From NCBI GenBank assembly GCA_963845565.1, contig CAWJSJ010000002.1:288001-352000 (forward strand): 64,000 nt of DNA, given 5' to 3'. Position numbers and translations under genes: made by a program. Positions within the stretch are counted from its first letter, which is position 1. Each line of letters opens with the position of its first letter. The notes beneath the pieces were generated by a model. That model saw nothing but the letters and a program-made list of their open reading frames with translations, was not told the DNA's origin and searched no databases. Shown here one piece after another: positions 40,462 through 52,030 of the stretch. The DNA is from an uncultured Methylomirabilota bacterium (GTDB taxonomy: Bacteria > Methylomirabilota > Methylomirabilia > Methylomirabilales > 2-02-FULL-66-22).

Positions 40462-42422
40462 GAGGATTCCTCCAACGGCAGAAGCGCCATGACCTGGGTC
40501 CCCTGACCGGGCGCCGTCACGATCTCCAGTTTTCCGCCGACTCCCTCTGCTCGCTCCCGCATGCCTTGCAACCCGAAATGCAGCGCGTTCGGCGCGGCGA
40601 CCCTCGCGACCTCGAAGCCTCGGCCGTCGTCCTCCACACTCACGCGGACCCATCCGTCCAGGCGCTCGACACGGACCAAGGCGAGACTGGCCTGCGCGTG
40701 CTTACGGACATTGGTCAGGGCTTCTTGAACGATCCGGGCGAGGTGGACCTCCGCCGCGGGAGGGAGGCGGATCGCTTCGGCTCCTTCGGCCTCCAGCTTC
40801 ACAGGGATGTCGCTCTGAACACTAAACTCGTGAAGAAACTCGGTCAGGGTTGGGACGAACCCCCGGTTGCCAGAAACCATGGTGCGTAGCCCGAAGATGG
40901 ATTGGCGGACCTCGTCGTAGGCATTCTCGCTGAGACTCGCCATTTCCTCCAGCGCATGCCCGAGCCGAGAAGACTCTCTCGGGGGGATCAGCGCCTGTGC
41001 CTGTCGGATTCTCAGGTGCAGGAGGCTCACCAACTGGGCTAACCCGTCGTGCATGTCGCGGGCGATGCGGCCGCGCTCTTCCAGCACCGCGAGCCTTCGC
41101 ACCTCACTTTCCAGCCGGCCATGCTCGACCGCGATGGCGACCTGCGCGGCCATGGCGGTGAGCAGTTCTTTCTCCTCGCTGCTGAAGATCCGCTCCTCGC
41201 GGCTCGCAACACAGAGCACCCCGACGGACTCGCCGCCGCGGTTCAAGGGGAGCGGAAGGTGGCTCCGAAGGTACTCCGGGCGCATCACGGGGCAGTCGGT
41301 GAGGCGATGCTCCTGGTTCTCGAGGCAAGTGGCCGAGCACCCGACGACACCACCCCTGACCCGGAAGGCGTCCGCGGGGCCGCTCGTCGAGCGCACCTCC
41401 ACCTCCTCGCGGCCGGGGATGAAGAGGCAGATGGCGGCGGCCTCGACATTCATGATCTGGCACGTATGATTCACGACCGACCGCAGGATCGCGTCCGGCC
41501 CTTCGACTCCCTTGAAGGCCAACAGGTCGGTGCCGATCCGATGCAGGATGTCCAGTTCCCAGACCTTCCGCTCCAACCGCACCTGCGCCACATGCAGGTC
41601 GCGCTCTCGCCCTTGCAGGCGGTCCGCCATGACGTTGAACGCGTGTGAGAGTTTGCCGATCTCATCCCGGCTCGCAACCACGACCCGCTGATCCAGCCGG
41701 CCCTCGGCAATCCTCAACGCGGCACCGGCAATCTCGCCCAAGGGTATCGCAACCTTCCCACGCAACATCAGGCTGGCGGCGACAACCAAGAGGATCCCGA
41801 TCGCCACGAACAGCATGTAGAGCCAGACGACGAGCCGGATGAGGCGCTGACCCTGCCGGGAGAGATCGAGGACAGCGGCCTGGTGGAAATTGTGCAGGTT
41901 CTTGGAATTCTCCATCCCCCGGTCCAAAACATCCCGCAGCCGGACCATATCCCCCGGCTGCAGATACACCCGACTCCCGAAGTTCTTCTCGACCTGGTCG
42001 AGGAGAATCCCAAGATCCGCCTCGATCTGTCTCAGCCTTTCCACCAATAGGCTTTCGACCGCCGTGAAGAGTTGGACTCCCCCGATAAAGTGAGAGTCGT
42101 GGTAGGTCCGGATCTTCTCCGTCAGCGTCCGCCGGAGGTTCGGTAGGCGATCGAAGCGGTCGAACATTCCGGTGGCCTGGATGTACTGGACCTCGGAGAC
42201 GATCAGGTGGAGCGTGTCGTAGATTCCCCCGGCCGCGAGGGTATGGGTGAATCCCTGTTCCGTCCGCTTGTGGATGCTGTAAATCTGGAGTCCCAGGAAG
42301 AGAGAGATTCCCCCCGCGATGAGCATGGCGATGACGATGGCTGCGAGGGCAGCGCTGAGCCGCCGTCCGAGACGAACAGGAAACCCTGGGGGGGAAGCAT
42401 TCGATCGTCCGTCCATACGCAC
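40458..42422 (-). CDS. NarX-type sensor kinase (2 TM, HAMP, GAF, HisKA_3, HATPase)
   Basis: DEIGKL...[34 protein letters not shown]. Confidence 0.92.
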   Translation of the reverse strand: MRMDGRSNASPPGFPVRLGRRLSAALAAIVIAMLIAGGISLFLGLQIYSIHKRTEQGFTHTLAAGGIYDTLHLIVSEVQYIQATGMFDRFDRLPNLRRTLTEKIRTYHDSHFIGGVQLFTAVESLLVERLRQIEADLGILLDQVEKNFGSRVYLQPGDMVRLRDVLDRGMENSKNLHNFHQAAVLDLSRQGQRLIRLVVWLYMLFVAIGILLVVAASLMLRGKVAIPLGEIAGAALRIAEGRLDQRVVVASRDEIGKLSHAFNVMADRLQGRERDLHVAQVRLERKVWELDILHRIGTDLLAFKGVEGPDAILRSVVNHTCQIMNVEAAAICLFIPGREEVEVRSTSGPADAFRVRGGVVGCSATCLENQEHRLTDCPVMRPEYLRSHLPLPLNRGGESVGVLCVASREERIFSSEEKELLTAMAAQVAIAVEHGRLESEVRRLAVLEERGRIARDMHDGLAQLVSLLHLRIRQAQALIPPRESSRLGHALEEMASLSENAYDEVRQSIFGLRTMVSGNRGFVPTLTEFLHEFSVQSDIPVKLEAEGAEAIRLPPAAEVHLARIVQEALTNVRKHAQASLALVRVERLDGWVRVSVEDDGRGFEVARVAAPNALHFGLQGMRERAEGVGGKLEIVTAPGQGTQVMALLPLEESS

Positions 42423-42944
42423 GCCTCAATCTTTCCGATTTGGCGATTCCCGATGGGGTTATTGCAACTTCAAGATCTTTGTGGTGTCTCGTCCGAATTG
42501 ATGTGGTAGAAATTGCACGATTCGTACCACCACTTCCAAAATGATTCTGGTCATCTGGATCTGGCAGAATCTTCTGAGTCTAATGAGTTACGAGATGTTC
42601 ATTTTGTGTCTGGACATTCGATCGACGGGTATGGTGTGAGACAAATTTGTGCATTGGCTGTGGCATCCTCAGAGACAGTCTCGTCAAGGAAACTCGGAGG
42701 CGGGACAGTGGCGAATGCGTGAATGGCGATTTCCGGGCGCAACACGATGAATGAGCACGACAAATCCGGGAGCCCCGGGTGATGGTGGGCGCGTCGAATC
42801 ATTCTTTCGGCAGCGCAATCCACCGCCACCCCGCTCGCTCCGTGGACACCATGCCCACGACGACCCGCCGGGGACCCAGAGGTTTCCGGCCAACTCCGGC
42901 GGCGCGTTGATACCGCTGCCCCTTCTCCTGCTCCCGTTGCAGGA

Positions 42945-43508
42945 TCAGGGGCACGTGGCGGGAATGCGCTTTTCGACGGCGCGGGCGATGCGCAGCACCG
43001 CGGCTTTCGCATCGGGGTTGGTGTCGCCGGCGGCGACCGTGACGAAAAAGCGGCCGCGGCGAAAGAGGACGTAGTATTCGCCGCGCACGCCGGAATCCCC
43101 GATGGTGAGCGGCAAATCGCCGGGCCCGACCCTGCGGGTAAAGACTTCGGCCGCGCCGTCCGGCGCCCGCATCTGGTAGACTTCCACCTGGATCTGCCGC
43201 CCGCCGCCGAGGTTATAGCTCTGCACGGCCGCCCGCTCGAACCCATACCGGAGGAACAGCTCCGCCCCGCCGTTGATCAGCGCGAACAGATCCTGCCCTT
43301 CCGCAACCTGGGCCGGCCCATCCGGCACCCAGGGCCGCGTTTCGGCCACCCCGGGAAGTATGAGCGTGATGGTCCGATCCGCGCCGTCCGTGGCGGCGAC
43401 GGCCAACCCGGCGCACACCCCGAGGGCTATCACCAGCAGCCAAGTCCCAAGACGCCGTCTGCGATGCGCCCTGACACCCCGACGAATCGCGTCAGAGGCT
43501 GAGTTCAC
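42945..43508 (-). CDS. Exported hypothetical protein (DUF6599-like)
   Basis: Signal peptide; LFALINGGAELFLRYGF, VEVYQM. Confidence 0.6.
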   Translation of the reverse strand: MNSASDAIRRGVRAHRRRRLGTWLLVIALGVCAGLAVAATDGADRTITLILPGVAETRPWVPDGPAQVAEGQDLFALINGGAELFLRYGFERAAVQSYNLGGGRQIQVEVYQMRAPDGAAEVFTRRVGPGDLPLTIGDSGVRGEYYVLFRRGRFFVTVAAGDTNPDAKAAVLRIARAVEKRIPATCP

Positions 43509-44414
43509 GGCTCTTCACCTTTCCGAGATCCGCCTCGCCCAGGCCGAGCGCGGCCGCACGCGTGATCATGGCGACTTGCGGCGGGGTGAGGTTCAGGAAG
43601 CGCGTGCAGTAGGCATCCACGCTCACCGCGCTGGCGCCGGCCACCACGGCGTGCGGCGTGGCCAGTTTCCCCGGGCCGAACGGTCCGTTGGTCGTGAGGA
43701 TCGTCGTCGCATCGGCGACGGCGAGATCGGGTTTTCGCAGCCGATTCAGGTCGGCCACGCACTGCGACAGGAACCCCACGTCGCCGTACCAGCCCCCCTT
43801 GCCGTGGCCGAAGTGGAAGAACTGGCAGGTCCCGTACGTGAGGGCGCCCATGGCATTCTTCAGGGTGCACGCGTAATTGGTCCCCTCGTGGTGCTTGGCG
43901 ACAGACACGTTGACGAGGACGTCCACGGCCAGGAACTCCTTGACGATCTCGACCGTCTTCAGCGCCTGACCTTGGGGGATTTCCACCGCCGCGTAGTTCC
44001 CGCTGCAGGCGGTGATCCGTCGCGCCGCCTCCGCGCCACGCCCGTCGCGCCGCCAGTAGGTAAACCGGGCGTCCTTCAGCGAGACGACGGCTCGGGCCCC
44101 CGCCTCCCAGCACTGCGCCGCGACCGCCTGCGCCACGTCCGGGGTCACGTGCGCCCCGGGATTCCGGAATTGGTGGTTGATCAAGAGACCGACCGTCGAG
44201 CCCTGCGGGACGAACCGGCCGCATCCCGCCGAGTTGCTCGATGGCCTTGATGGTGCCTTGGTAGGCATCCGTCCCGGTGACGGCGCACAGATCAACGGAC
44301 ATCGCCCTCAGAGCCGGCGGCCGAGGCAGGTGACCATGCCCCCCCGAACGCCGCCGCGATCCCCGTCGCCGCGCCCACCTTGAGTACGCTGCGTCGGCTC
44401 CATTCGTGTGTCAT
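43505..44414 (-). CDS. Tat-signal DUF362-family protein, frameshifted near 44305 and 44220
   Basis: SRRSVLK; VAKHH, LKNAMG, NGPFGPG, VSVDAY. Confidence 0.75.
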
Positions 44415-44452
44415 GAAGCGTACCCCTGGAGTCTTCCCAATCCTGTGTTTCG

Positions 44453-44830
44453 CTATGCTTTCCGTCTTCGGTACTGAACGTTCGGAAGGTCTCTGAAATC
44501 TTCGTCTTGCGTCCACACCGTCGCGCTGTGGGCCCTGGCTGTCGCGAGGACAACGCGGCCGGCCAACGGTATCTTGAGATCCACACCGATGCGGGCGGCA
44601 CTGATGGCAAGGCGCTCGTCGAGTTTAACGACAGTCCCTTGCTGCACGGTGGCGACCGCCTGCAACGCCTGCCCTCCTTCTCTCTGCTGGAGCCCACGCT
44701 TGAATACCTCATAAATCGTCACGGACGGCACGATCCATCGCTCGAAATCTTCAATCGGTGGTGTGAAGAAGGATGCATTGGATCCGTTCGCGAAGCATTC
44801 GAGCCGCGCGCTGGAGTCGACGACGTTCAT
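44453..44830 (-). CDS. vapC: VapC PIN-domain toxin, possibly attenuated
   Basis: VVDSS, IYEV, WTQD. Confidence 0.85.
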   Translation of the reverse strand: MNVVDSSARLECFANGSNASFFTPPIEDFERWIVPSVTIYEVFKRGLQQREGGQALQAVATVQQGTVVKLDERLAISAARIGVDLKIPLAGRVVLATARAHSATVWTQDEDFRDLPNVQYRRRKA

Positions 44831-45033
44831 AGCCGGTCGGCCTCTCGGTCAATCGTGGTTTCGATTCCCTTGAGGAAGCCGCGCATCTCCGTTATGGGGC
44901 GTACCGGAATCAGCTCGATCCGTTCACCATAGACGATCGCCTGGAGCATTTGCCCCGGCAAGAGGCCAAGTTCCTCCCGGATCGCCTTTGGGATCACCAC
45001 CTGAAACTTCGGCGAAATCGTGATCGTTTCCAC
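44827..45033 (-). CDS. vapB: AbrB/MazE-type antitoxin
   Basis: ISPKFQVVIPKAIRE; 4-nt overlap with the toxin gene. Confidence 0.88.
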   Translation of the reverse strand: METITISPKFQVVIPKAIREELGLLPGQMLQAIVYGERIELIPVRPITEMRGFLKGIETTIDREADRL

Positions 45034-45043
45034 GGGGCCTCCA

Positions 45044-45077
45044 TCGATATACTATCTGCAATACGATATCATATCGA
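45044..45077. promoter_or_regulatory. Palindromic operator of the toxin-antitoxin operon
   Basis: TCGATAT...ATATCGA and nested CGATAT-C-ATATCG just upstream of the antitoxin RBS. Confidence 0.5.
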
Positions 45078-45280
45078 CGGTACAGTGGTATATCAACCCG
45101 TCAATCAAACGATACCCATCTCGGCAAGGAAACGCCCCGCCGAACCGCGGCGGAGGTCGCTGGCGCCTTTCAGTGATCGACTCGCCTGCCGTTGCATCGC
45201 CGATCGTTCTTGACTGGGCCCTCCTTTCGGGGGTAGCGTCTCGCGGGTTGCTCGGGGCGGAATTGGAACCCCGCTGACAC

Positions 45281-46207
45281 GTGAGGATTTCGGCCGTGCT
45301 CGTCAGACGATCGACACTCATCCTGCCGGTCAACGTCCCGCGGTTCGTGGAGAAGGCGCACCTCCGGGGGGCCGACGCCGTCATGCTGGATCTGGAGGAC
45401 GCCGTCCCTCCACAGGAAAAGGATAACGCCCGGCGACTGGTCCGCGAGGCGATCCCCCTGGTATCGCGTGGCGGCGCCGAGGTTTTCGTGCGCGTGAACC
45501 ACGACCCGGCCCATCTCACCGAAGACCTTGCGGCCGCGGTCTATCCCGGCGTGGACGGCATCTGCTTCCCGAAGACGGAGTCCGCCGGGGAGGTCGAACA
45601 TCTGGAGCGGCAGATCACGGACCTGGAGCGACGCCGGGATGTCAATCCCGGACGGATCGAGCTGGCCTTGCTGATCGAGAGCCCGCGCGGCCTCCTGAAC
45701 CTGGAGGCGATCGCCGGCGCCAGCCGACGGATCCGCAGCATGAGCGTGGGTCCGGAGGATTACTGTCTGGAGCTAGGCGTCGAACCCTCGGCGGACGGGG
45801 CAGAGCTCCACTACGCCGTCTCAAAAGTCGTCACCGTCTGCAAGGCCGCCGGGATCGCGCCCATGGGGCTCCTCGGCAGCATCGCCGGCTTTCGGGACCT
45901 CGGGGCGTTCGAACGGGCCGCGTCCCGGGCCCGGGATCTGGGCTGTGTGGGCGCTTCGTGCATCCACCCGGATCAGGTGGGGGTGCTGAACCGCGTCTTC
46001 TCGCCGCCGTCGGAGAAAGTCGGCTATGCGCGGCGAGTGGTGGAGGGGTTCGAGGACGGCCTGCGGACCGGCACGGCGTCCGTGACCGTGGACGGGGCGA
46101 TGGTGGACACTCCGGTCTACCGTCGTGCGCAGCGCATCCTGGAGCGGGCCGCAGCCATCGCCGAGGTGGAACAGCGGAAAGCGGACCGGCTGGCCCAGCT
46201 GCGGTGA
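45281..46207 (+). CDS. CitE/HpcH-family CoA-ester lyase
   Basis: LDLEDAV, VRVN, PK, LIES, GPED, CIHP. Confidence 0.9.
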   Translation: MRISAVLVRRSTLILPVNVPRFVEKAHLRGADAVMLDLEDAVPPQEKDNARRLVREAIPLVSRGGAEVFVRVNHDPAHLTEDLAAAVYPGVDGICFPKTESAGEVEHLERQITDLERRRDVNPGRIELALLIESPRGLLNLEAIAGASRRIRSMSVGPEDYCLELGVEPSADGAELHYAVSKVVTVCKAAGIAPMGLLGSIAGFRDLGAFERAASRARDLGCVGASCIHPDQVGVLNRVFSPPSEKVGYARRVVEGFEDGLRTGTASVTVDGAMVDTPVYRRAQRILERAAAIAEVEQRKADRLAQLR

Positions 46208-46442
46208 GCGTGTACATCGCCGAGACACGCACCCACCGTTCTGGCGGCACCGATTTCTGTCGCGGTTGCAGACTCTCCGTCACGTCTGTTGCCCACGAGT
46301 CTAGTAGGATGCTGAAGCCCTAGTGGCTCAAAAGGGTCCCGGTGCTTGTTCTTCATCCGTCGCTCAAATTCGAATTTCGAAACTCGGATTTCGAATTTCT
46401 CAATCGATGGGCCTTTTTCAGCGACCTGACAAGGAGGATGCT

Positions 46443-46772
46443 ATGTACGTCCTGGTGGTAACCATCGACATCAAGCCGCAATTCAAGGACCGATTCATGG
46501 CGGAGATTCTGGATGATGCCCGCGGCTCCGTGCGGAACGAGCCCGGCTGCTTGCGCTTCGACGTCATCCAGGACGAGAAGGAGCCGAACCGGATCTACCT
46601 GTACGAGGTCTACAAGGATCGCGCGGCCTTCGACCACCACATGACCACGCCCCACTTCCTCAAGTGGAAAGACGCCGTGCAGGATTGGTTTGCTTCCCCG
46701 GCCGTCGTGGGCGCCGGCCCGAGTGTCTTCCCGGCCGACGCCGACTGGAACACGAACTGGAAAGCGCGATAG
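46443..46772 (+). CDS. ABM-fold protein (LsrG or quinol monooxygenase-like)
   Basis: EPGCLRFDV, YEVY, HMTTPHF; RBS AAGGAGG. Confidence 0.85.
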   Translation: MYVLVVTIDIKPQFKDRFMAEILDDARGSVRNEPGCLRFDVIQDEKEPNRIYLYEVYKDRAAFDHHMTTPHFLKWKDAVQDWFASPAVVGAGPSVFPADADWNTNWKAR

Positions 46773-46783
46773 GCGGGGCTTCC

Positions 46784-48045
46784 ATGGACGGTGCGGACCT
46801 GACAGCCTTCCTCCGAGCGCAGCGAAGCGAGGCGGCGCACTCGAACGCCCCCCTCAAGGGCATCCGAATTATTGACCTCGGCTCGGTCGTCGCCGCGCCG
46901 TTTGCCGCCACCGTGCTGGGAGATTACGGCGCCGAGGTGATCAAGATCGAGCCGCCCGCCGTCCCGGATGCGATCCGCTACTGGGCGGTGATCGAAGACC
47001 GGCACCAGCCGTTCTGGCTGGCTGCCGGGCGGAATAAACTACCGATCACGCTGAATCTCAAACACCCCCGGGGTCGGCAGATCCTTGCCGACCTGGTGGC
47101 CCAGTCCGACGTCCTGCTCGAGAACATGCGCCCGGGCACGCTTGACCGGCTGGGCTTCTCCGCATCCGCGCTCTGGGAGATCAACAAGGGCCTCGATCAT
47201 CGGCCGGATCTCGGGCTACGGCCAGACCGGGCCGTACGCTGCGATGCCGGGCTTCGGCACGCTGGCCGAGGCCATGAGCGGCTTCACCCACATGAACGCC
47301 CATCCAGGCGGCCCGCCCACCAATCCGCCGCTCGCACTCGCCGATATGATTGCCGGCCTTCATCTCGCGTTCGGCGTGGTGATGGCGCTCCGCGACCAGA
47401 AACGGGGAGCGCGTGGCGGGCAGGAGCTGGATCTCTCCCTCTACGAACCCCTCTTCAGCTTCATGGCGGCCGATTTCCTGACGTATTGCCTCTCGGGCGT
47501 CGCCCCGCAGCCCGCGGGCAACGAGGCGCATTACACCTCGCCGCGAAACAGCTACCGAACCAGGGATGACAAATGGGTCGTGCTCTCCGCCAGCGCTCAG
47601 GCCCCCTTCGAGCGGCTGATGGACCTCCTTGGCCGTCCGGATCTGAAGACCGCCCCCGGCTTCCGGAACAACCAGGAGCGGATCCAGCCGAAGAGCCGGA
47701 GCGTCTTGAATTCCATCATCGGAACCTGGATCGAGGAGCGGACGCTGGCCGAGGTGCTGGAGGCGTGCGAGAAGGCCGGCGTGACCATCGGTCCCGTCTA
47801 CAGCATGGAGGAGATCGCGCGGGATCCTCAGTACATCGCGCGCGGCAGTATTCGTTCCCCTCTTCGACCCGGCGTCGGGAAAGACCATCCCGTTCCCCAA
47901 CATTCCCATCCGTCTGTCCGCGACGCCCGGCGCCGTCCGCTTTCCCGGCCTGCCCATGGGTGCAGCCAACGAGGTCGTCCTGCAGGATCTTCTCGGCTAC
48001 ACCGCGGACGACATTGCCGCCCTCAAGGCCTCCGGCGCGATCTGA
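46784..48045 (+). CDS. Family III CoA-transferase (CaiB/BaiF), frameshifted near 47195 and 47875
   Basis: PLKGIRIIDL, GAEVIKIE, RNK, ISGYGQTGPY, LAD. Confidence 0.88.
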
Positions 48046-48083
48046 ATGACTCCAGGATCCGTTGGAAAGACAGCGGCGGGCCG

Positions 48084-49503
48084 CTACTCCTCGTCGATCC
48101 GGATCGAGCCCTGGTACGGCGTCACGCCGCGTGGGAGCTTCCGGGAGGGGCATCGGATCGGCTTGGTGAACATGGGATCGTCGTGGATGGATTGGAGATA
48201 CTCGTCGCGGAAGCGCGGATGGGTGATGCTGGCGACGGCCAGCGCCTTCTCGCCGGCCGTGAGTCCCCGCAGGTCGGCGATCCCGTATTCGGTGACCAGG
48301 ACCACCCCGTCGTAGGACGAGGCGGTCAGGCTCACGCCCGGCGGGTGGACCCGAGCGATCTTGGACTCGCCCTTGTGGGTCACGCTTTTCATGGTGATGA
48401 TGGGCACGCCGTAGGCGGGATCGTTCAGGGCCCGGACGAAATCGGGCTGGCCGCCGACGCCGCTGTAGTAGTGGCGTGCGTCCACGAAATCGGCCCAGAC
48501 GTTGCCGAAGAGGTCCACCCCCATCGCCGTGTTGATCGAGATGAAGGGGCTGTTCTTGCGGATGACCTCCGCGGCGTTGGTGACGGCGCAGGGGCGCATC
48601 TGGATGCTCGCCCGCAAGTGGACGAACTCGTACAGCGCCTTGGATCCCATGATCAGGGACGTCGTGCTGTAGCCCATGTGCTGCTTCTTCTTCCGGTTCG
48701 TCACGATGCCCTGCTGCTGGAGCATCATCAGGCCGTCGCCGTACAACTCGGTCTGGATCCCCAGATCCTGGAAGTCGGCGTCCTTGATCGTCCCGATCAC
48801 GGCGTCGGGGATCTGCCCGATGCCCACCTGGAGCGTCACGCCGTCGCGGATGAAATGGGTGGCGATCAGCTCGCCGATCCGCCGCTCGGCCGGGGGCAAC
48901 CGGTCGAAATCGGGGGCGGGAACATCGTAAACCGGCAGCACCTCGTCTTCGACCAGGTAATCCAGGGACGATTCGTCCACGATGCTCTGGCCCTGGGTGA
49001 AAGGCATGCCGTGATCCAGCTCGCCGATGACGCACTTGGCGTGATCGATGGCGGTGTGGATGGCTTCCACCGACAGGCCCAGGCTGTATTCGCCCGTCAT
49101 CGTCGTGCGGGCGAACCTTGAAGATGGCCACGTCGGGCATGAAGGGCCGATCCTTGCCGATCAGGCTGTCCAGGTTGGCCAGCGTGCACGGTAGGTAGAA
49201 CGCCCGCCCTTCATTGGCCGCCTTGCGCACGTCCCCCGCAGAGAAGATGGAGAACGCCATGATCCGATCCTGGAGTCCCTTCTCCACGTAGGAGACGGGC
49301 CCCTGGAGCAGGAGGTGGACCATCCGGAGATACGGCAGCTTGGGCCAGCCGGCCTTGAGGGCGGCCGTGATCGCGTCGAGAGTGGCGGTCGGCGTGGCGG
49401 CGTTCGAGCCGACGTACACCGTGACCATGTCGCGCGCGGGAAACTCCTTGGCGATGACCTCGGCGATGTCGCCCAGCTTGATCATGGTCGGCTGATGGGT
49501 CAT
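48084..49503 (-). CDS. Acetyl-CoA hydrolase/transferase family protein, frameshifted near 49102
   Basis: TLQVGIG, QTE, SGVGGQPDF, VTEYG. Confidence 0.88.
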
Positions 49504-49560
49504 GGCAGGATCTCCCTTCCGGTGATCGGGACGGCACGGGACGGCGCCGCAGGATGGACC

Positions 49561-50277
49561 CTACCGACGCTCCGGTTTCTTCCGGGGAGCGTGTCCGGCG
49601 ACGTCCTGGTAGAGCCGAACCATGTGCTCGACCCGCAGGACGCTATAGGGCACGAGGAAGGCCGCTGCCAGCGTAACGCACAATCCGGCGGTCGCCAGGA
49701 AGCGTGGGGCTTCCGGGGCCGCGCCAAGGAGCGGAAGGAGGACCGCGGCGGATCCGCCCAGGATTCCCACGAACACGCTCGGCCAGAGAAGGCCCCGCAG
49801 GAATCGGGAAAGGAGCAGCGGGCGCTCGATCCGCTCCCACCGCTCCACCTGGCGCCGCGCGACCTTGACCGCCTCCCGATAGACCCCCTCGCCGGCATCC
49901 GGTTTCCGAGGAAGCGCCTGGGCGACGAGGGTCCGGTGGCGCGCCAGTGCCGCCCCGGAAGGAAGCACGAGGAAGGGCCGGGCATCCGCCTCGCACCATT
50001 TCCCCCTGGGGCCGTACAGCATCTCGAAGAGGAGATCCCACGAGTCGCCGGCGAAATACCCGATCAGCCCGAGAAGAATCCCAGTCCCGACGGCGAAGAC
50101 GTGGATGAGGTTCACAGGTACGGACGGGAAGAGCCGCGCGACCGGAGACGTGAGGGATTCGAGGAGCGCAACGGAGAGGACGATCGCCGCCGCAAGCGGG
50201 AAAAACCCCCGCATGGCTCCCCACAGTCCGAGCCACGTCAGGAGCTTCTCGATTCGCGTCATGAGATCCAGGCCCAT
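49561..50277 (-). CDS. Hypothetical membrane protein
   Basis: Open frame with about 4 hydrophobic segments; start uncertain. Confidence 0.6.
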   Translation of the reverse strand: MGLDLMTRIEKLLTWLGLWGAMRGFFPLAAAIVLSVALLESLTSPVARLFPSVPVNLIHVFAVGTGILLGLIGYFAGDSWDLLFEMLYGPRGKWCEADARPFLVLPSGAALARHRTLVAQALPRKPDAGEGVYREAVKVARRQVERWERIERPLLLSRFLRGLLWPSVFVGILGGSAAVLLPLLGAAPEAPRFLATAGLCVTLAAAFLVPYSVLRVEHMVRLYQDVAGHAPRKKPERR

Positions 50278-50393
50278 CTGCCAGCCGCGGCGGAAGAGGG
50301 TTGCCCGGTCCCGATCGGCGAGGTCGCTCGCTCGCCAATGTCGGCCCACCCTAGCCCGACCCCGAGTCATTGTCAAGGGCGCCGCGATGGGAA

Positions 50394-50423
50394 TTGACAG
50401 CCGAGGAGCGGTGGGATTAGGAT
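50394..50423 (+). promoter_or_regulatory. Possible sigma70 promoter of the amidase-ABC operon
   Basis: TTGACA-N18-TAGGAT. Confidence 0.4.
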
Positions 50424-50537
50424 CGCGTGAGTTTCGGCCATTCCGCGTTTCGGCTTCCGTTGCGTATTCCAAGACACAGCCATTCCAGGAGGGTGACCCG
50501 AAAACGGCATTGCATTGCCCCACTGAAAGGAGCAGCC

Positions 50538-51968
50538 GTGGACGCCGATGACCTCGCCTTCACGCCGGCCACCGATCTCGACCGCCTGATCCGGACCCGC
50601 GCGGTCTCCCCGGTCGAGTTGACGCGCACCCTGCTCGCGCGCATCGACCGGCTCAACCCCCGACTCAACGCGTTCCTCACGGTGACCGCCGACCTCGCCC
50701 TTGCGCAGGCACGGGCCGCCGAGGAGCGCGCCCGGCGCGGCGCGCGGCGCGGCCCCCTGGACGGAATCCCCTATTCGCTCAAGGATCTCGAGCCGACGGC
50801 GGACATCCGGACGACCTTCGGATCGAAGTGGTTCGAGCAGCACGTGCCCACCGAAGACGGGGTCGTGGCGGGGCGGCTCAAGGCGACCGGCGCCGTCCTC
50901 CTCGGCAAGACCAACACGCCCAATTTCGGGTTCAAGGACTGCTGCGACAACCTGATCGGCCCCCCCTGCCGCAACCCCTGGAAACTCGATCGGACGTCCG
51001 GCGCCTCCTCGGGCGGCGCCGGCTCCGCCGTCGCGGCCGGGCTCGGCCCCATCGCCCACGGTTCCGATGGCGCCGGGTCGATCCGGATCCCCGCGGCGCT
51101 CTGCGGGATCTTCGGCTTCAAGCCGTCGTTCGGCCGTGTGCCGTATGCCCCGACGACGGATTACTGGGCGGCGCGCGCCCACAACGGGGTCATGACCCGG
51201 ACGGTCCGCGACGGCGCCCTGCTCCTCGAGGCCATGGCGGGTCCAGACCCGCGCGACCCGCTCTCCATCGACGCGCCGCCGGAGCGGTACCTCGCCGCCT
51301 GCGACGGAGACCTCCGCAATCTCCGTGTGGTCTGGAGTGGAGACCTCGGCTACGCGCCCGTCGATCCGGCGGTGCGAGCGCTCTGCGAGGCGGCGGCCCG
51401 CCGCTTTGCCGACTTCGGCTGCGTCCTGGAGAGCCGGGACCCGGCCTGGCCGGACCCCCACGATTTCCACAAGATCATCTACGAGGTCAGCGTGGCCTCC
51501 CGGCAGATCGACCGATTCCGCGAGCGACCCGAGTGGATCGAGCCCACCCTGCGCGCCATGATCGAGAACGCCCAGGGAATCACGGCCATGGAGCACGGCA
51601 AGGCGCTCCTCGCCCGCAGCGCGTTCTACGAACACGCCCGCACGTTCTTCGACACGTGCGACCTGCTGCTCACGCCGCAGATGCCCGTCGGGGCCTGGGC
51701 GGCCGAGCCGGGGCCGGGGCCACAGCAGGGCCCGGCCGAAATCGCGGGCCGACCGACGCCCACCATGTTCCACCGGCTGGCCTTCACCTACCCGTTCAAC
51801 CTGACGGGACAGCCGGCGGCGACGGTGCCCTGCGGCTTTACGGCGGAGGGGCTGCCGGTCGGCCTCCAGATCGTGGGTCGGTGGCACGACGATTCCACGG
51901 TGCTGCGGGCAGCCGCCTGCTTCGAGGCGGTACAGCCCTGGGCGCAGATCCGTCCGCCCCTGGCCTGA
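50538..51968 (+). CDS. Amidase-signature family enzyme
   Basis: KDL, GASSGG, GSDGAGSIRIPA; GTG start after AAAGGAG. Confidence 0.92.
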   Translation: MDADDLAFTPATDLDRLIRTRAVSPVELTRTLLARIDRLNPRLNAFLTVTADLALAQARAAEERARRGARRGPLDGIPYSLKDLEPTADIRTTFGSKWFEQHVPTEDGVVAGRLKATGAVLLGKTNTPNFGFKDCCDNLIGPPCRNPWKLDRTSGASSGGAGSAVAAGLGPIAHGSDGAGSIRIPAALCGIFGFKPSFGRVPYAPTTDYWAARAHNGVMTRTVRDGALLLEAMAGPDPRDPLSIDAPPERYLAACDGDLRNLRVVWSGDLGYAPVDPAVRALCEAAARRFADFGCVLESRDPAWPDPHDFHKIIYEVSVASRQIDRFRERPEWIEPTLRAMIENAQGITAMEHGKALLARSAFYEHARTFFDTCDLLLTPQMPVGAWAAEPGPGPQQGPAEIAGRPTPTMFHRLAFTYPFNLTGQPAATVPCGFTAEGLPVGLQIVGRWHDDSTVLRAAACFEAVQPWAQIRPPLA

Positions 51969-52030
51969 CGATCCGCCGGGGCCAATTCGCGACCGCGCAG
52001 TGGCGCGAGAAGAAGTATAGCGGGTGACCC

